Made by a program: the position numbers and the translations under genes
Shown here: positions 21,501 to 32,588 of the stretch, piece by piece
Position numbering within the stretch: the first letter of the stretch is position 1
Layout of the letters: each line of letters starts with the position of its first letter
Notes under the pieces: generated by a model
Told to the model about the DNA's origin: nothing
Databases searched by the model: none
The model's input: the letters and a program-made list of their open reading frames with translations, nothing else
DNA from: Nannocystis pusilla
GTDB lineage: Bacteria > Myxococcota_A > Polyangia > Nannocystales > Nannocystaceae
Reading direction: 5' to 3' (one strand)
Assembly: GCF_049060185.1 (NCBI RefSeq)
Contig: NZ_JBMEQO010000002.1
Length of the DNA stretch: 64,000 nucleotides

Positions 21501-24500
21501 CGATCTGGCGCCCGAGGTCGTCGTCGTCGGGGCGCAGCTTGTAGGCGCGCTGCAGGTAGCCGATCGCGCGCGTGGGGTCGCCGAGGCGCTCGCGGGCGAT
21601 CTCGGCGGCCGACATCAGCAGGGCGATGGTGCCGTAGTCGCCGTAGTTGGGGGTCTTCTCCTGGAAGGCGAGCTCCTGCTCGCTGACGTCGAGCATCTGC
21701 GGCCACAGGCCGTGGGCCTGGGCCAGGCCCTCGAGGCGGTCGAGCACGGTGCCGGCGTCGAGGCCGGCGCGCAGGGCCACGAAGTAGGCCTTGCGGGCCC
21801 AGGCGAAGGCGAGGTCGGGGTCGCCGATCTTCTTCTCGGCGGTGGCCGAGGCGCCGAGGCACAGGTCGATCTGGCCGCGGCTCTCGGCCCGGCCGCTCAT
21901 CTCGGTGAAGCGCTCGCCGTAGACGACGAGCAGGTCCTTGTACATGCCGTGGCGCTCGGCGAACGCCTCGATCTTCTGCTTGAGGTCGCGGCTGCCGGGG
22001 GCGATGCCGAGGGCCCGCCCGAGCAGCGCGAGCGCCCGCTTGGCGTGGCCGAGCCCGAACTCGCACACCTCGGCCATCTGCTCGAGGGTGACGACCTGCT
22101 GGGCGGCGTCGGTGAGGCTCTCGAGGCGCTTGCCGAGAGTGTCGAGGGTGGCCTGGTGGTCGCCGGCCAGCGCCTGCAGCTCGCCGAGGATCTTGAGGCC
22201 CTCGCCGTCGTCGGGCTCCTCGCGCATGAACCGCTGGAAGGCGGCGATGGCCTTGTGCGGGGCGCTCAGGTTGACGACGTAGGTGCGGGCGACCAGCGAG
22301 AACAGCTCGCGCCGCTCGTCGGTCTCGAGCGCCGAGAGCAGGAGGATCTCGGCGTGGCGGATCAGGCGGTCGAACTGGCCGGCGCGCTCGTACAGCTCGA
22401 GCAGCTTGAGGGCGACGTCGCGGTTGCCGACGGCGGCGTTCGAGCTGAGCTGCTCGAGCACGCGGATGGCGGCGGCCGGGTTGTCGAGCCGGTCGGCGAG
22501 GACCTCGGCGCGCTCCCAGCCGATGCCGAGCGCCTCCTCGTCGCTGTCGGCCATGTCCTGCAGGGTGCCGAGCGAGGCGGCCAGGCCGTGCCAGCTGCCG
22601 AGGTTGCGGTAGAGGCGGGTCAGCGCCTCGGTGGCGCCGCGGTGGTCGCGGTGGATCCGCAGCGCGCGCTCGAAGGCCGAGCAGGCCAGGTCGGCGTCGC
22701 CGAGCGACGACTCGGCGACGTGGCCCAGGCGCATGAGGTAGTCGAGCTGGCGGATCGGCGGGGTGCGGGCCGAGCTGGCGGCCTTGCCGAGCAGGTTGGC
22801 CAGCTCCTCGCGGTTGCCGAGCGCCTCGTAGGCGGCGATGAGCTTGTCGGTGACCTCGAGGTTGTGCGGGTCGCCGGCCTGCAGCTGCGTCCACGCCTGG
22901 GCCGAGCGCTGCGGGTCCTGCAGCTTGCGGTCGGCGACGTCGGCCATGCGGCGGATGATGCGGGTGCGCTGGGCCGGGTCGCCGACGAGGCCGAGCTCGC
23001 GCGAGAGCGCCTCGTACTCGCCGCCGGCGTCGCCGAGCTCGGCGCACAGGCCCTGCATGCGGTGGACGGCGTCCATGTCCGACGGGCTGTAGCCGAGGAT
23101 CTGCTCGCAGGCCCACAGCGCCTCGCGCGGGCTGTGCAGCTCGTGCTGCCACAGCTCGGCCATGCGCCGCAGCAGGACGACGCGCTGCGAGATGCTGCGG
23201 GTGACGTCGTGCTGGCGCCGCAGCAGGTCGATGACCTGGTCGTAAGCACCTGTCCGTTCGTACATCTCGGCGAGCGCGCGCAGGGCCCCTCGTGGCCGGG
23301 CGCGAGCGCCAGCATCTCCTGCAGCAGGACGATGGTGCGCTGCGGGTCGGTCATGCGCTCGCGGTGGGCCTGCGACAGCCGGCGCAGCACCTCGAAGCGG
23401 CGCTGCGGATCGACGGTGCGCTGCAGCTCGGCCTCGAGGGTGGCGAGGTTGGCGTCGAGCATGCGCGCGCGCTTGTCGATGCGGGCGATCTGGTCGCGCG
23501 GGCGCCAGTCGTTGGGGTAGGCGAGGGCGAGCCGGTTCCAGGCGTCGAGGGCGCCGGCGAGGTCGCCGAGGCGGCGCTCGTAGATCTCGGCCAGCTCGAC
23601 GAAGTGCTCGGCGAACTCGGAGCGAGCCAGCGGGCTGTCCGGACCGCCGCCCATCTGCAGCGCCTGGTCGACCTGGTAGAGGATGAGGCCGGCCAGGTGC
23701 GACCAGTTGTTCTTGCGCCGCCAGTGCTCCTTGTAGCCCTCGAAGGCCTCGTGGTTGAAGGGCTCGCGCTCGAGCACGCGGTAGAAGCTGACGGCGGCCC
23801 GCTCCTCGTCGCCGAGGTCCTCGCGGGCGACGCGGGCGGCCCACAGCAGCTTGTCGGGCGGCAGGCCGCCAGGGTCCTGCTCGGACCAGCGCTCGTAGAG
23901 GCTGACGAGGCCGTGGTTGTCGCCGAGCTCGACGAGCAGGGCCTCGAGGCGCAGCCAGGCGTCGCCGCCGGGCCGCTCGAGCCGCGAGGCCTGCTCGTAG
24001 CAGGCGCGGGCCTCCTCGCGGCGAGCGAGGCGGGTCTCGAGCAGCTCGCCGCGCGACAGCCACAGGCCGTAGCTGTCGGCCTCGGTGACGTAGCCGATCC
24101 ACGCCCCGTAGAGGTCGTCGAGCTCCATCCACTTCTCCTGCGCCATCAACAGCTCGGCGAGGGCGTTGCCGGCCTCGTGATGGTTGGGGCGCAGGCTCAT
24201 GGCCCGGCGCAGCAGGCTGTAGGCGATCTTGTCGTCGCCCTGGCTGCGCGCGAGCTTGGCGGCGCGGAAGAACACGTCGGCGGCTTTTTGCAGGCCCTCG
24301 TCGCTGGCCTTGCCGCTGCCGAGGTAGAGGGCGCCGAAGGCCCGCAGGGCGGCGACGTCGTCAGGGTTGGCCTTGAGCGCGGCCTGCAGGTGGAGCGCGG
24401 CGGAAGGGATGTTCTCGAGCTGCTCGGCCTCGATCCGCGCGAGGCGGAGGTGGAGGGCGGCGAAGCGGTCGCGCTCGCGGACGTTGTCGGTGCGCGCGAG

Positions 24501-25130
24501 CTCGGCGTTGATCAGATCGATGACGCGCAGCCAGGCTCCAGCCTGAAGGTGAAGGCGGATGAGCTGATCGCTGGCGTCGCGCTCCTGCGGGTTGATCTCG
24601 AGCGCGGCCCTGTAGCAAGCGATGGCCTCGTCGACCTGACAGCGCTGCTCGTCGACCTTGCCGAGCTCGACCAAGGCGCCGGGGACGGCCCCCGATCGTG
24701 CCGCCGCAGGTGATCGAGGCGGAACTTGAGCAAGGTGGCGAGCTCGTCGAGGCTGCCGAGCTCGCCGTAGACCTTGCGCAGCTGCTCGAAGGCGCGGCTG
24801 TTGTGCGGCTCGGCCTGGAGGGCGCGCACGAGGGCGTAGGCGGCCTGGGGCTTGTCCTTGACGCGGTCGTACCAGAGCTCGTAGGCCTGGACGCACAGCT
24901 CGGCGACCTTCGGCGGGCCGCTGATCGCAGCAGCATGCACGACGAGCAAGGTGGCGAGGGCGCTCCATCTCGGCCTCGCGGAAGGCCCGTCGCAGCTTTA
25001 AAGCGTCGTCGCTGGGCTTGGCGCGAAACGCCCCGAGCTCGGGCGGCTCTCCAGGAGCCACGGGCGGCAGCGGGCAAGGCAGGTCGTGAGGCGAGGGCTG
25101 GCGCTTGGGCGCGACGGCGGTTTCGGGCAT
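15502..25130 (-). CDS. Giant TPR-repeat protein of roughly 3200 aa, spanning about 9.6 kb, with at least six apparent single-base frameshifts.
   Basis: TPR-like helical repeat sequence continues across ORFs 22620..25415, 24512..24949, 20551..24132, 17711..23152, 16047..17711 and 15502..16548, all on the minus strand in consecutive order. At the junctions I inspected (about 23270, 20590 and 16690), restoring a single base in a homopolymer run would rejoin the frames. The start was mapped to ATG at 25130 (MPETAVAPKRQPSP…) and the stop lies at 15502. Confidence 0.7.
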
Positions 25131-25269
25131 GGGCGTGGACCGCGAGCGGGGCCGCCCAAGGTACCACGGCGCCCAGGCGTGTGGTTTGCGGGCGGACAGG
25201 TGACCGTGGGCAAGATCGCGCGGGCAGGCGAGACGGAAGGTCGGCGATTGGGGGCGGAGGGCCCGATCG

Positions 25270-25340
25270 TCGGGTTTTGCGCGGGGCTCGGTCGGGTTTC
25301 TGCGCGGGGGCTCGGGCGGGTTTCTGCGCGGAGGCTCGGC
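25270..25340. repeat. Three tandem ~23-bp direct repeats (CGGGTTTYTGCGCGGGGGCTCGG).
   Basis: Direct reading: cgggttttgcgcggggctcggt cgggtttctgcgcgggggctcggg cgggtttctgcgcggaggctcggcgg, lying upstream (5') of the giant TPR gene. Confidence 0.7.
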
Positions 25341-25555
25341 GGTCCGCATATTGCCGACTGCGCCTCGCGGGGGTCCGGGAAGCGACGGCCGCGAGTTAAC
25401 CGGCGAGATGGACACTCGTTCCTCGCGCCCATCTCGCCTCTAATTCGCGGCCGCCGCTTCCCCGGACCCTGGCACGGCTGCAGCCGTGAGAGGCCCGCAC
25501 GCCGGCGTGGGCTTCGATGAAGAGGTTGCTTGGGCGGAGAGCGAGGGCGCCTGTT

Positions 25556-25632
25556 CGACGGCCAGGGCTGGCCGCCGAACAGACGCCATTTCACGATCCG
25601 GGCGGCGTGCGTCCGATTGAGACGATTGTGCG
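25556..25632. repeat. Copy A of a ~75-bp structured repeat element (CAGGGCTGGCCGCCGAACAGACGC…CACGATCCGGGCGGCGTGCGTC…GACGATTGTG), lying downstream of the Cys-rich gene at 25929-26708.
   Basis: It is about 85% identical to copy B at 26903-26980 and carries internal inverted repeats (CGACAGACGC…GCGTCTGTCG in copy B; CACGATC…GATCGTG). Confidence 0.75.
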
Positions 25633-25928
25633 GGCTCGGAGGGCTGGGGGCGAGACGATGACAATGACGATTCCGAGGGCGTGCTCGGCGTCGGTGCCGT
25701 GATTGTCGTCATGGAGTTCGGGGCGACCGTGCTCGCGGGATACCCGATGAGTTGATATTCTGGTGGGGGAGAGAACTGCCGCGATGCTATATGCAATGGG
25801 CATCGGCATGCGCGAAAGGCCGAATGTCGATAGCTGGCAGAGGGATTCGTCGCTCGTGCTCGATCGGGATGACGGAGCTGCGGTAGGTGACGGCGGGGTG
25901 CAGCGCGCCGGCCGGGTGGAAGGACCGT

Positions 25929-26708
25929 CTAGCCGCTGCAGGGGCCGCCCTGGGCGACCCAGCCGTCCTGGCCGCAGACGTAGTACTGGAAGTTCTCGCC
26001 GCAGACCTGATGGCCGCATTCGGTGGCATACACGGTGTTGCCGAGGTGGTCCTTGCCGCCGGGGCAGTCGCAGCCGTCGTCGCCGCCGCAGACGCCGCCC
26101 TTGGCGACCCAGCCGTTCGGCTCGCAGGCGTAGTACTGGAAATTTTCGCCGCAGATCTGCTCGCCGCAGGTGGTCGCGTGCACGGTGTTGCCGAAATTGT
26201 CGGTGCCGTCGGGGCAGTCGCATTCGTCGCCGTCGTCGTCGCCGTCGCCGCAGACGCCGCCCTGGGAGACCCAGCCGTTTTGCCCGCAGACGTAGTAATG
26301 GAAGTCCTCGCCGCAGACCTGATGGCCGCAGTCGGTGGCGTTCACGGTGTTGCCGAGGTAGTCCTTGCCGCCGGGGCAATGACAGCCGTCGTCGCCGCCG
26401 CAGACGCCGCCTTGGGCGAGCCAGCCGCCCTGGCCGCAGACGTAGTACTGGAAGTCTTCGCCGCAGACCTGATAGCCGCAGACGTCGGTGTCCACAGGGT
26501 TGCCGAGGTGATCGGTGCCGCCGTCGCACGGACAGCCGCCGCCGTCGCGCAGGGCGATCGCGGACGCGTCGGCGCGAGCGGCTGGTTCGTCGTCGCAGGC
26601 CAGCGGGGCGAGCACGGAGGCGCTCAGCAGCAGGGCGGGGCCGAGGCGCGTGGCGGAGAGGAGACGGCGCGAGAGCGAGGCGTGAGGACGCGTGAACGGG
26701 ATGGACAT
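25929..26708 (-). CDS. Secreted Cys-rich protein made of four tandem ~45-aa repeats (CxCPGGKDxLGNTVxATxCGxQVCGExFQYYVCGQxGWxxQGGVCGGDDG).
   Basis: It has a signal peptide (MSIPFTRPHASLSRRLLSATRLGPALLLSASVLAPLAC) and four near-identical Cys-rich repeats, in a single frame. It is flanked on both sides by the ~75-bp structured repeat. Confidence 0.75.
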   Translation of the reverse strand: MSIPFTRPHASLSRRLLSATRLGPALLLSASVLAPLACDDEPAARADASAIALRDGGGCPCDGGTDHLGNPVDTDVCGYQVCGEDFQYYVCGQGGWLAQGGVCGGDDGCHCPGGKDYLGNTVNATDCGHQVCGEDFHYYVCGQNGWVSQGGVCGDGDDDGDECDCPDGTDNFGNTVHATTCGEQICGENFQYYACEPNGWVAKGGVCGGDDGCDCPGGKDHLGNTVYATECGHQVCGENFQYYVCGQDGWVAQGGPCSG

Positions 26709-26902
26709 GGACGATTCCTTGGTGGCCGCGCAGGCTCGCGGCGTGGCGCAGGCGGAGGCCGCGGCCGAGCACGACGCTGGCGCGATCCGGCCTCCTGCGG
26801 GCATGACAGGCGGACGGATCCGTTGTCGCAGCGCGTGGACGAAAAATTCGATCGCGCGTGGGCGCGCGGGTCCGGGGCGTGGCGACGACAGGACGTCGGA
26901 TC

Positions 26903-27030
26903 GACAGTCAGGGCTGGCCGCCGACAGACGCGATTCACGATCCGGGCTGCGTGCGTCTGTCGGAGACGATCGTGTGAGGCTTCCACGATCCGGGCTGCGT
27001 GCGTCTGTCGGGGACGATCGTGCGAGGCGT
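26903..27030. repeat. Copy B of the ~75-bp structured repeat plus an adjacent ~48-bp partial tandem copy, lying upstream of the Cys-rich gene.
   Basis: The same element as 25556-25632 is here present 1.6 times in tandem; the partial copy repeats CACGATCCGGGCTGCGTGCGTCTGTCGGnGACGATCGTG. Confidence 0.75.
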
Positions 27031-27135
27031 CATGGCGCGAGGAGGCAGGCGGCGATGATGAGGATTCCGGCGACGGAGGCTCGCGTCTGCGGTGCCGTGA
27101 TTCCGGCGGTCGGAGCTCGAGGGCGTGAGCCGGGT

Positions 27136-28150
27136 TCAGGCGGCCGCGGACCAGAGCTCGCGGTCGAGGCCCTGCCAGAGGCGGCGCGCGAGGTCGGATG
27201 CGGGCAGACCGGCGCGCCGTTCGAGGGCTTCGTCGCGGGGCGGCGGATCGCGGAGGGCGCGGGCGGCCTGCGACCGGGCTGTGAGGACGCGGGTCCGTTC
27301 GTCGGCGGTCAGGCGGGGGGCGATCCAGGCGTCGATGGCCCAGGCGAGGTCGGCGTGGGCAGCCTCGTCGGCGGCGACTTCGATCATGCAGGCGCGGATC
27401 TCGGGGTCCTCGGCGGCTCGCGCCTGATGAGCGGCGAGCAGGGCGGCCCAGGTCTCGCCGACGCAGCCCTCGACTGCGTTCTCGAGCGCGAGCTCGACGA
27501 GCGAACGGCCTTGCACGGGCGCGAGCTCGACGGGGCTGGGACGACCGCCGAGGCGTTTGGCGATCGCGCCGAGGAGGTCGGCGTGGCGGGCCTCGTCGAC
27601 GGCTGCGCGGAGGGCCGCGGCGATCAGCTCGGCGGGGGCGTCGTGCTCGCGGAGCTCGGCGGCGAGGCGCTCGAAGGCGGGGACGCTGGCGGCCTCGAGG
27701 TGCGCGACCTCGGCGAACCACCGCGCGGTCGGATCGGCGCCGCCGCTGCGGCCCTCGGAGCAGAGGCCGGCGGGGCGCCGGCCGCCCTTGCAGTCGGTCT
27801 CGTACTGGCAGCGGATGTCGCTCTTGCTGGCGGGAATGGCGGCGCAACCGAGCACGGTGGACGCTCGCGAGGTATGGTCGTCGACGGCGCCGGTGGTCGA
27901 GGTGGGGTCGCCGGTGGTCGAGGTGCTCGAGCTCGTGCTGCTCGGCTCGTCGGGGACAGCCGGCGAAGCCATCATGGGGCACAGGACCTGGCACTCGGCG
28001 AGGGTGAGGTTGCCGTCCTCGAGGTAGGGTGCGAGCCGGTTGGCGCCGATCGCGGTGACTTGTTCGTAGGTGCAGGGGTCGTCGGCTCCGCACCCGCCCG
28101 CAGCGACCTCGGCGAGGAGCGAGGCGAACAGGAGGGGAGTCGTCGGTCGC
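27136..28150 (-). CDS. Ferritin-like-domain lipoprotein; the start is uncertain and there is a possible frameshift near the N-terminus.
   Basis: ORF 27136..27975 contains paired EARHADL…/…AADEAAHADLAW motifs typical of ferritin-like/DUF455-type di-iron helices. An upstream in-frame extension encodes a lipoprotein signal (…PLLFASLLAEVAAGGCG…). Confidence 0.55.
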
Positions 28151-28263
28151 CGAGCATGCGCGAGGAGCTTAGCACGCGGCGATGCCTCACCGCGGGTGCG
28201 AATGTGGGCAGTCGATCGCGCGGTGTGGTGATTGAGGCGGCAGAGGCCGCTGGCAGTGCGCTG

Positions 28264-29023
28264 TCAGAAGCGGCCGGTGAGGCTGACGAGGGCGCCGCGC
28301 GGGGTGGGGCTCATGCCGGCGGAGAAGCGGCGGCCGCGATCGTTGCGGTGGAGCAGCGGGACGAGGACGCCGATGGCGGTGCCGGCGACGGAGCCGAACA
28401 GGACGTCGGTCCAGAAGTGCTTGCCGGCCTCGACGCGCAGGACGCCGGTGGTGGCGGCGAGGCCGACGGCGACCAGCCAGGCCGGGACTGCGGCGCGGGC
28501 CCGCGGGTGACGCAGGGTGAAGAGGGTGGCCCAGGCGCTCATCATGGCGAAGGCGGTCGAGGTGTGACCTGAATAAAGGACAGGCGCGCCTCCTCGGCCT
28601 GGACGTCTCCGAGGTCGCTCTCGGGCTCGTAGCTGTAGGGCCGCGGGCGACGCACGGCGTACTTGACGAGGTTGTTGAGGCCGACGTTGACGGCGAGGAC
28701 CTCGAACAGGACGACCACGTCGCGGGCCCAGCCGCCGGCGGCGTGACGGTAGGAGCCGGGGGCGCGGCGGCCGGCGACGAGGGTGTCGGCGAGGTCGGCG
28801 ACGATCGGGGCGGCGATCGCGGTGTAGAGCAGGGCGTCGGAGGCGTGGGCGGCCGCGAGGCTCTCGTTGCCGAGGACGCGCCGATCGAGGCCGTTGATGT
28901 GGCTGCGGTCGCAGGCCTGACAGCCGGACCAGCGCATGTCGCGGGCCGCGAGATCGGTGCCGAGCCACATGACGAGGCCGAGGGCGATGACGGGGACGTC
29001 GACGGCCGGCCGCAGGCGCATGA
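28264..29023 (-). CDS. PAP2-family membrane phosphatase, with a frameshift at about 28560.
   Basis: It shows PAP2 motif 1 (KYAVRRPRPY), motif 2 (…(P)SGHTS…, reached only after a 1-nt shift, T4 read as T3) and motif 3 (RVEAGKHFWTDVLFGSVAG). The start was mapped to ATG at 29023 (MRLRPAVDVPVIALGLV…). Confidence 0.7.
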
Positions 29024-29097
29024 GGTGCGGCGGGAGGGCCGGCGGCGCGGCGGGAAGCGGCGGATCGGCGGCGGGGGTGGGGACGGGCTCGGGGGGC

Positions 29098-29690
29098 GGA
29101 GATGTCCCGGGGGACATGTCTTCCGGGACGGGGGCCGAGGTGGTCGGAGCAGCTGTCTCGTCGGAGGCGGGCGGCGGGGCGGTAGGGCCGGCTGTCCCCG
29201 AGGACATGTCTTCGCGGGTGGACGAGGGCTGGGACGATGTCCCTGGGGACAGGTGCGCGACGAGGGCCGGCGGGGCTGTGGCGGCTGTCCCGGGGGACAG
29301 GTGCTCGGAGGCGGGCGACGAGGCGGCTGGGGCCGAGGATCCAGAGGATATCCCTGGGGACAGGTTCGCGGCGAGGACCGGCGGGGAGGTGGTGGCTGTC
29401 CCGGGGGACAGATGCTCGGAGACGTGCGGCGGTGCGGCTGCGGCCGCGAGCAGGAGGGCTGGCCCTGAGGACAGGTACGCAGGGACGGGCGGGGCCGCGG
29501 ACAGGACGGATGCCCGCGGGGACAGGTGCACGGCGGCGGGCGGCGGGGCGGACGGTGTGACGGTCGGGGCCGCGGTCAGGATGGATGTCCGCGGGGACAG
29601 GTGCACGGCGGCGGGCGGCGGGGGGTCGGGGTCGGGGAAGCCGACGCGGGTGTCCTTTCGGGCATGTCACCCGAGACATGTCCCGAGGGT
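29098..29690. repeat. Array of about 10 imperfect tandem units (period ~45-90 bp), each built on the palindrome (G/A)TGTCC(C)-N2-3-GGGGACAGGTG; the first two and last units carry GGACATGTC variants.
   Basis: Units start at about 29101, 29190, 29237, 29283, 29348, 29395, 29461, 29508, 29583 and 29649. The array sits in the divergent region between the PAP2 start (29023, minus) and the next plus-strand gene (29942). Stop-free ORFs on both strands (HLSPGT…/…VPGDRC…) are a consequence of the repeats. Confidence 0.85.
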
Positions 29691-29941
29691 TCGGCGGGCC
29701 GCCAGGCGCCCAGGTCGGGGGTGCGCGCCAGTGGGTGGGCGGCCGCAGGCGGAGCGGCGAGGGCGAGGACCAGGGCCAGGGACAGGCAGCGCGACATGCT
29801 CGGTCGGACGAGTATGCCCAATCGCGGCCCGGCGGCGCCGAGGGAGATGGCTTCGGGGACAGGTGATCGCGGGCTCAAGAGCGCGTCGATCGCGCTGCGC
29901 TGGCAGAGGACGTCCGGGTCGGGCTACGTTGACGTCCAGCG

Positions 29942-31259
29942 ATGCAGACCGGGACGTACGCGGAGCTCGAGGCGCGATTGACAGGGTTGGCGACGGCGGC
30001 CGCGGGCGGGGACGCGGAGGCGGCGAGATCGTTGACGCGCGAGCTGGTGGCGCTGGCCGCGGCGCCGGCGTGCCGCGAGGGCTGGCCGCGTCCCGGCAGC
30101 GTGGCGTTCAAGGCGTTCGACGTGTTCCTCGAGGCCGCGGGGGCCGATCGATCGTCGACGCTGGAGGGCCTCGCGGGGCCGTTCCTGCGGGCGATCGCGG
30201 CCCATCCGGAGACTCTCGGGGTGCCGCACGGCTTCCGCCCGGCGGCGACGCTGGGGTCGTCGGCGATCCCGCTGCTGGTGGCGCTGCTGGACAGCGGGCT
30301 GCGGCGGACGACGCGGGCGGCGATCGAGGCGCTCGGCGAATACAACCCGAACAACGAGGTCGGGTTCAAGCTGGCGGGCGAGGCGGTGAGCCGCTTGCTG
30401 GCGTACGCGGACGGCGAGGCGGTCGCGCACGGGTTGATGCACATCGAGTGGAACGACGAGCGGCTGTGGCTGCTGTTCCGCGTGCTGGCAGACGGGAACT
30501 CGCTGGACCCGGCGAACCGCGGGCCGGCGACCGCGGTGGCGCTGGCGCGGCTGGTGGCGGCGACTGCCACGATCGCGGGTTCGGGGGCGGACGGGCTGCG
30601 CGCTGCTGCTGCGGGCGAAGATCATCCCGAAGGCGATGGCGCCGGGGATCGTGCTGGCGAGGTTGCCGAAGCAGCTGCCGCACACTGTGGCGGAGGCGCT
30701 GGCGTTGATGACCGCGTGGGAGCTGACGCCGGCCGAGGTGGAGGCGAAAGGACCGGCGCGGGCGCGCGAGATCGAGGCGCTGGCGAATCACGTGAGCGCC
30801 CGGCTGCCGCCGGGATTGAGGCAGTTGCTGGCGACGCACGCGGCGCTCGGATCGCGCGACTTCGGGCCGCCGGCGCGCATGCGCCAGCTGGTCCGCGAAA
30901 TGATGGGGACGATCGAGGACGACGAGGAGGAGGCAGACGATCCGCCGAGCGGCCGCGGGCGCTACGACGTGCGTGGCTTCGATCCGGCGAAGAAGGCGAT
31001 CCCGCTCGGCAGCGATCCGTCCGGCGACCTGTTCTTCCTGGCGACGGGGGCGAAGTCGGAGGCGAACGCGGCGCCGGTGATCCGCTTCCGCCACGATCAG
31101 GCGCTGGTGGCCACGATCGCGGCCGACTCGCTCGGCGAGTACGTGGCGCTGATCCTGGCCCGCGCGTACGCCCGCCGCGAGGGGCTCGAGGCGCAGCTCG
31201 ACAAGCTCGAGGGGCGCAAGCGGACGATCGTGTCGGGGTACAAGCCGCCGAAGCGATGA
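29942..31259 (+). CDS. Hypothetical protein, with a frameshift at about 30620.
   Basis: ORF 29942.. (MQTGTYAELEARLTGLATAAAGGDAEAARSLTRELVALAAAP… protein-like up to …ADGLRAAAAGE) continues into ORF 30636..31259 (…LPKQLPHTVAEALALMTAWELTPAEVEAKG… to the stop). No family was recognised. Confidence 0.45.
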
Positions 31260-31295
31260 GCGGCTGACAGGTCCTCGGTCGCGCGCTCGTTCGCG

Positions 31296-31400
31296 GGCCC
31301 TGGCGGCAGGCGCGGTGGCTCAGAGCCGAGGCGACGTGCGACTTGCCGACGCCGATCGGACCGAGCAGTAGGAAGTTCTCGTGGCACTCGATGAAGCACA
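31296..31400 (-). mobile_element. istB: Remnant of an IS21-family istB helper-ATPase gene (N-terminal P-loop fragment only).
   Basis: FIECHENFLLLGPIGVGKSHVASALSHRACRQG matches the IstB/DnaC-like motif …[26 protein letters not shown]…. Only about 35 residues are recognisable, and there is no intact transposase nearby. Confidence 0.5.
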
Positions 31401-31741
31401 CCGGTACGCCGCGGAGGCGGCGGCGGAGGCAGGGGCGCCGGCAGCCGGGCTCCTCCGGGCGTCATGACTTGCCAGTGCTACAAGCACGCCCGAGTCGTGC
31501 GCGTCATGCAATGAACATCCCGATGGCTACTCTTGAGTGCCCTGTCCGCGGCGTACGCGTGCGGCCGGCAGGACGCTTCGGCTCACGTGCTCCCGACCGA
31601 GGCCCGGGATGACTGAGTGCATCCCCTGGACAAGCTGCCCACAGCTCGCCGCCGCGGTGGGAGATGCGGGCGCGTCATCGGTCGTGCGGGGCCAGGCAGA
31701 CGGCGCTCGCGGAGCTATCGCGCATGGCCCATGCTCGAGCC

Positions 31742-32446
31742 ATGCGTGTTCGCCCCATCGTCCCCGTGCTCCTCGTGTTCCTCGGCTGCAGCGAACACGA
31801 CCGACGTTGCGCGCATGACCGGCCCGAACCGGCGTGCGTCCAGGCCGTGCGCGATTGGGCGGACCAGCGTACCGCCGACTGCCAGCTCGCGCTCGGAGCG
31901 ATGTTCACGACGGTGCTCGAGCCGTGACTGGCCCGGCGTTCGACGCTGCCGAAGGCGTGGAGGGCCGAGGTCCGCGACATGCAGAACGCCGCCAGGCTCG
32001 CCCGACAGGCGAGCGACATCGGGGTTGCCGCCGACGCTGTCGGGGCGATGGGCGCCGCCTGCGGCGAATGCCACCGGGCGTTTGGTAGAGCGGTGCAGCT
32101 CGTCCGCCCGGGTCGAAAGGCCGAGGGGACGAGCCTCGCCGACAAGATGATGCGACACCGCTGGGCCGAGGCGCGGATGTGGGAGGGCCTGGTCGGCCCC
32201 TCGGACTCCGCCTGGAGCGCCGGGATCGACGCCCTCAACGACTCGTCGCTCCATCCTGACATGCTGACCCCCGACCGCAGTCCGTCGCCAGAAATCACCA
32301 CACTCGTCGCTCGCGTCCGCACGGTCGGCATGCGCGGCTCGCTGGCGCGGGGCTCCCGAGCTCGCGCTCGCCTGTACGGCGAATATTTGGCCACTTGCGC
32401 GGCGTGCCACGCCGAGCCCGGGGTCCGCGTCCCGCCGAAGTCCTGA
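31742..32446 (+). CDS. c-type cytochrome lipoprotein with two CxxCH motifs, interrupted by an in-frame TGA at 31925-31927.
   Basis: A lipoprotein signal (MRVRPIVPVLLVFLGCS) in ORF 31664..31927 is followed, in the same frame after the TGA, by ORF 31979..32446 with haem-binding motifs ACGECH and CAACHA. Confidence 0.55.
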
Positions 32447-32588
32447 CCCTGTAGCCGCGAGGAGCGAGACTGGAGGCCGGTCGTCGCCCGTCGCTCGTTC
32501 GGTTGCCGTCACGACGCTGCGCGCTACACCCGGACCGAGCGCCGTGGCCGAGCGTGCCGACGCAGCCGCCCGGCGCCAGGAACAGGGG

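Noticed and set aside
26692-28572. Long Gly/Ala/Arg-rich ORFs on the strand opposite real genes (e.g. 26692..28572+, 9624..12689+, 18647..20686+, 20773..23520+).
   Set aside because: These are typical spurious stop-free frames in >70% GC DNA. They have low-complexity composition and sit antisense to genes with clear motifs.
29098-29690. Possible CRISPR arrays (here and at 48115-48300, 12531-12870).
   Set aside because: The repeats are imperfect and irregularly spaced. Spacers are too short (8-10 bp at 48 kb) or variable, the units are palindromic over their whole length, and no cas genes are nearby.
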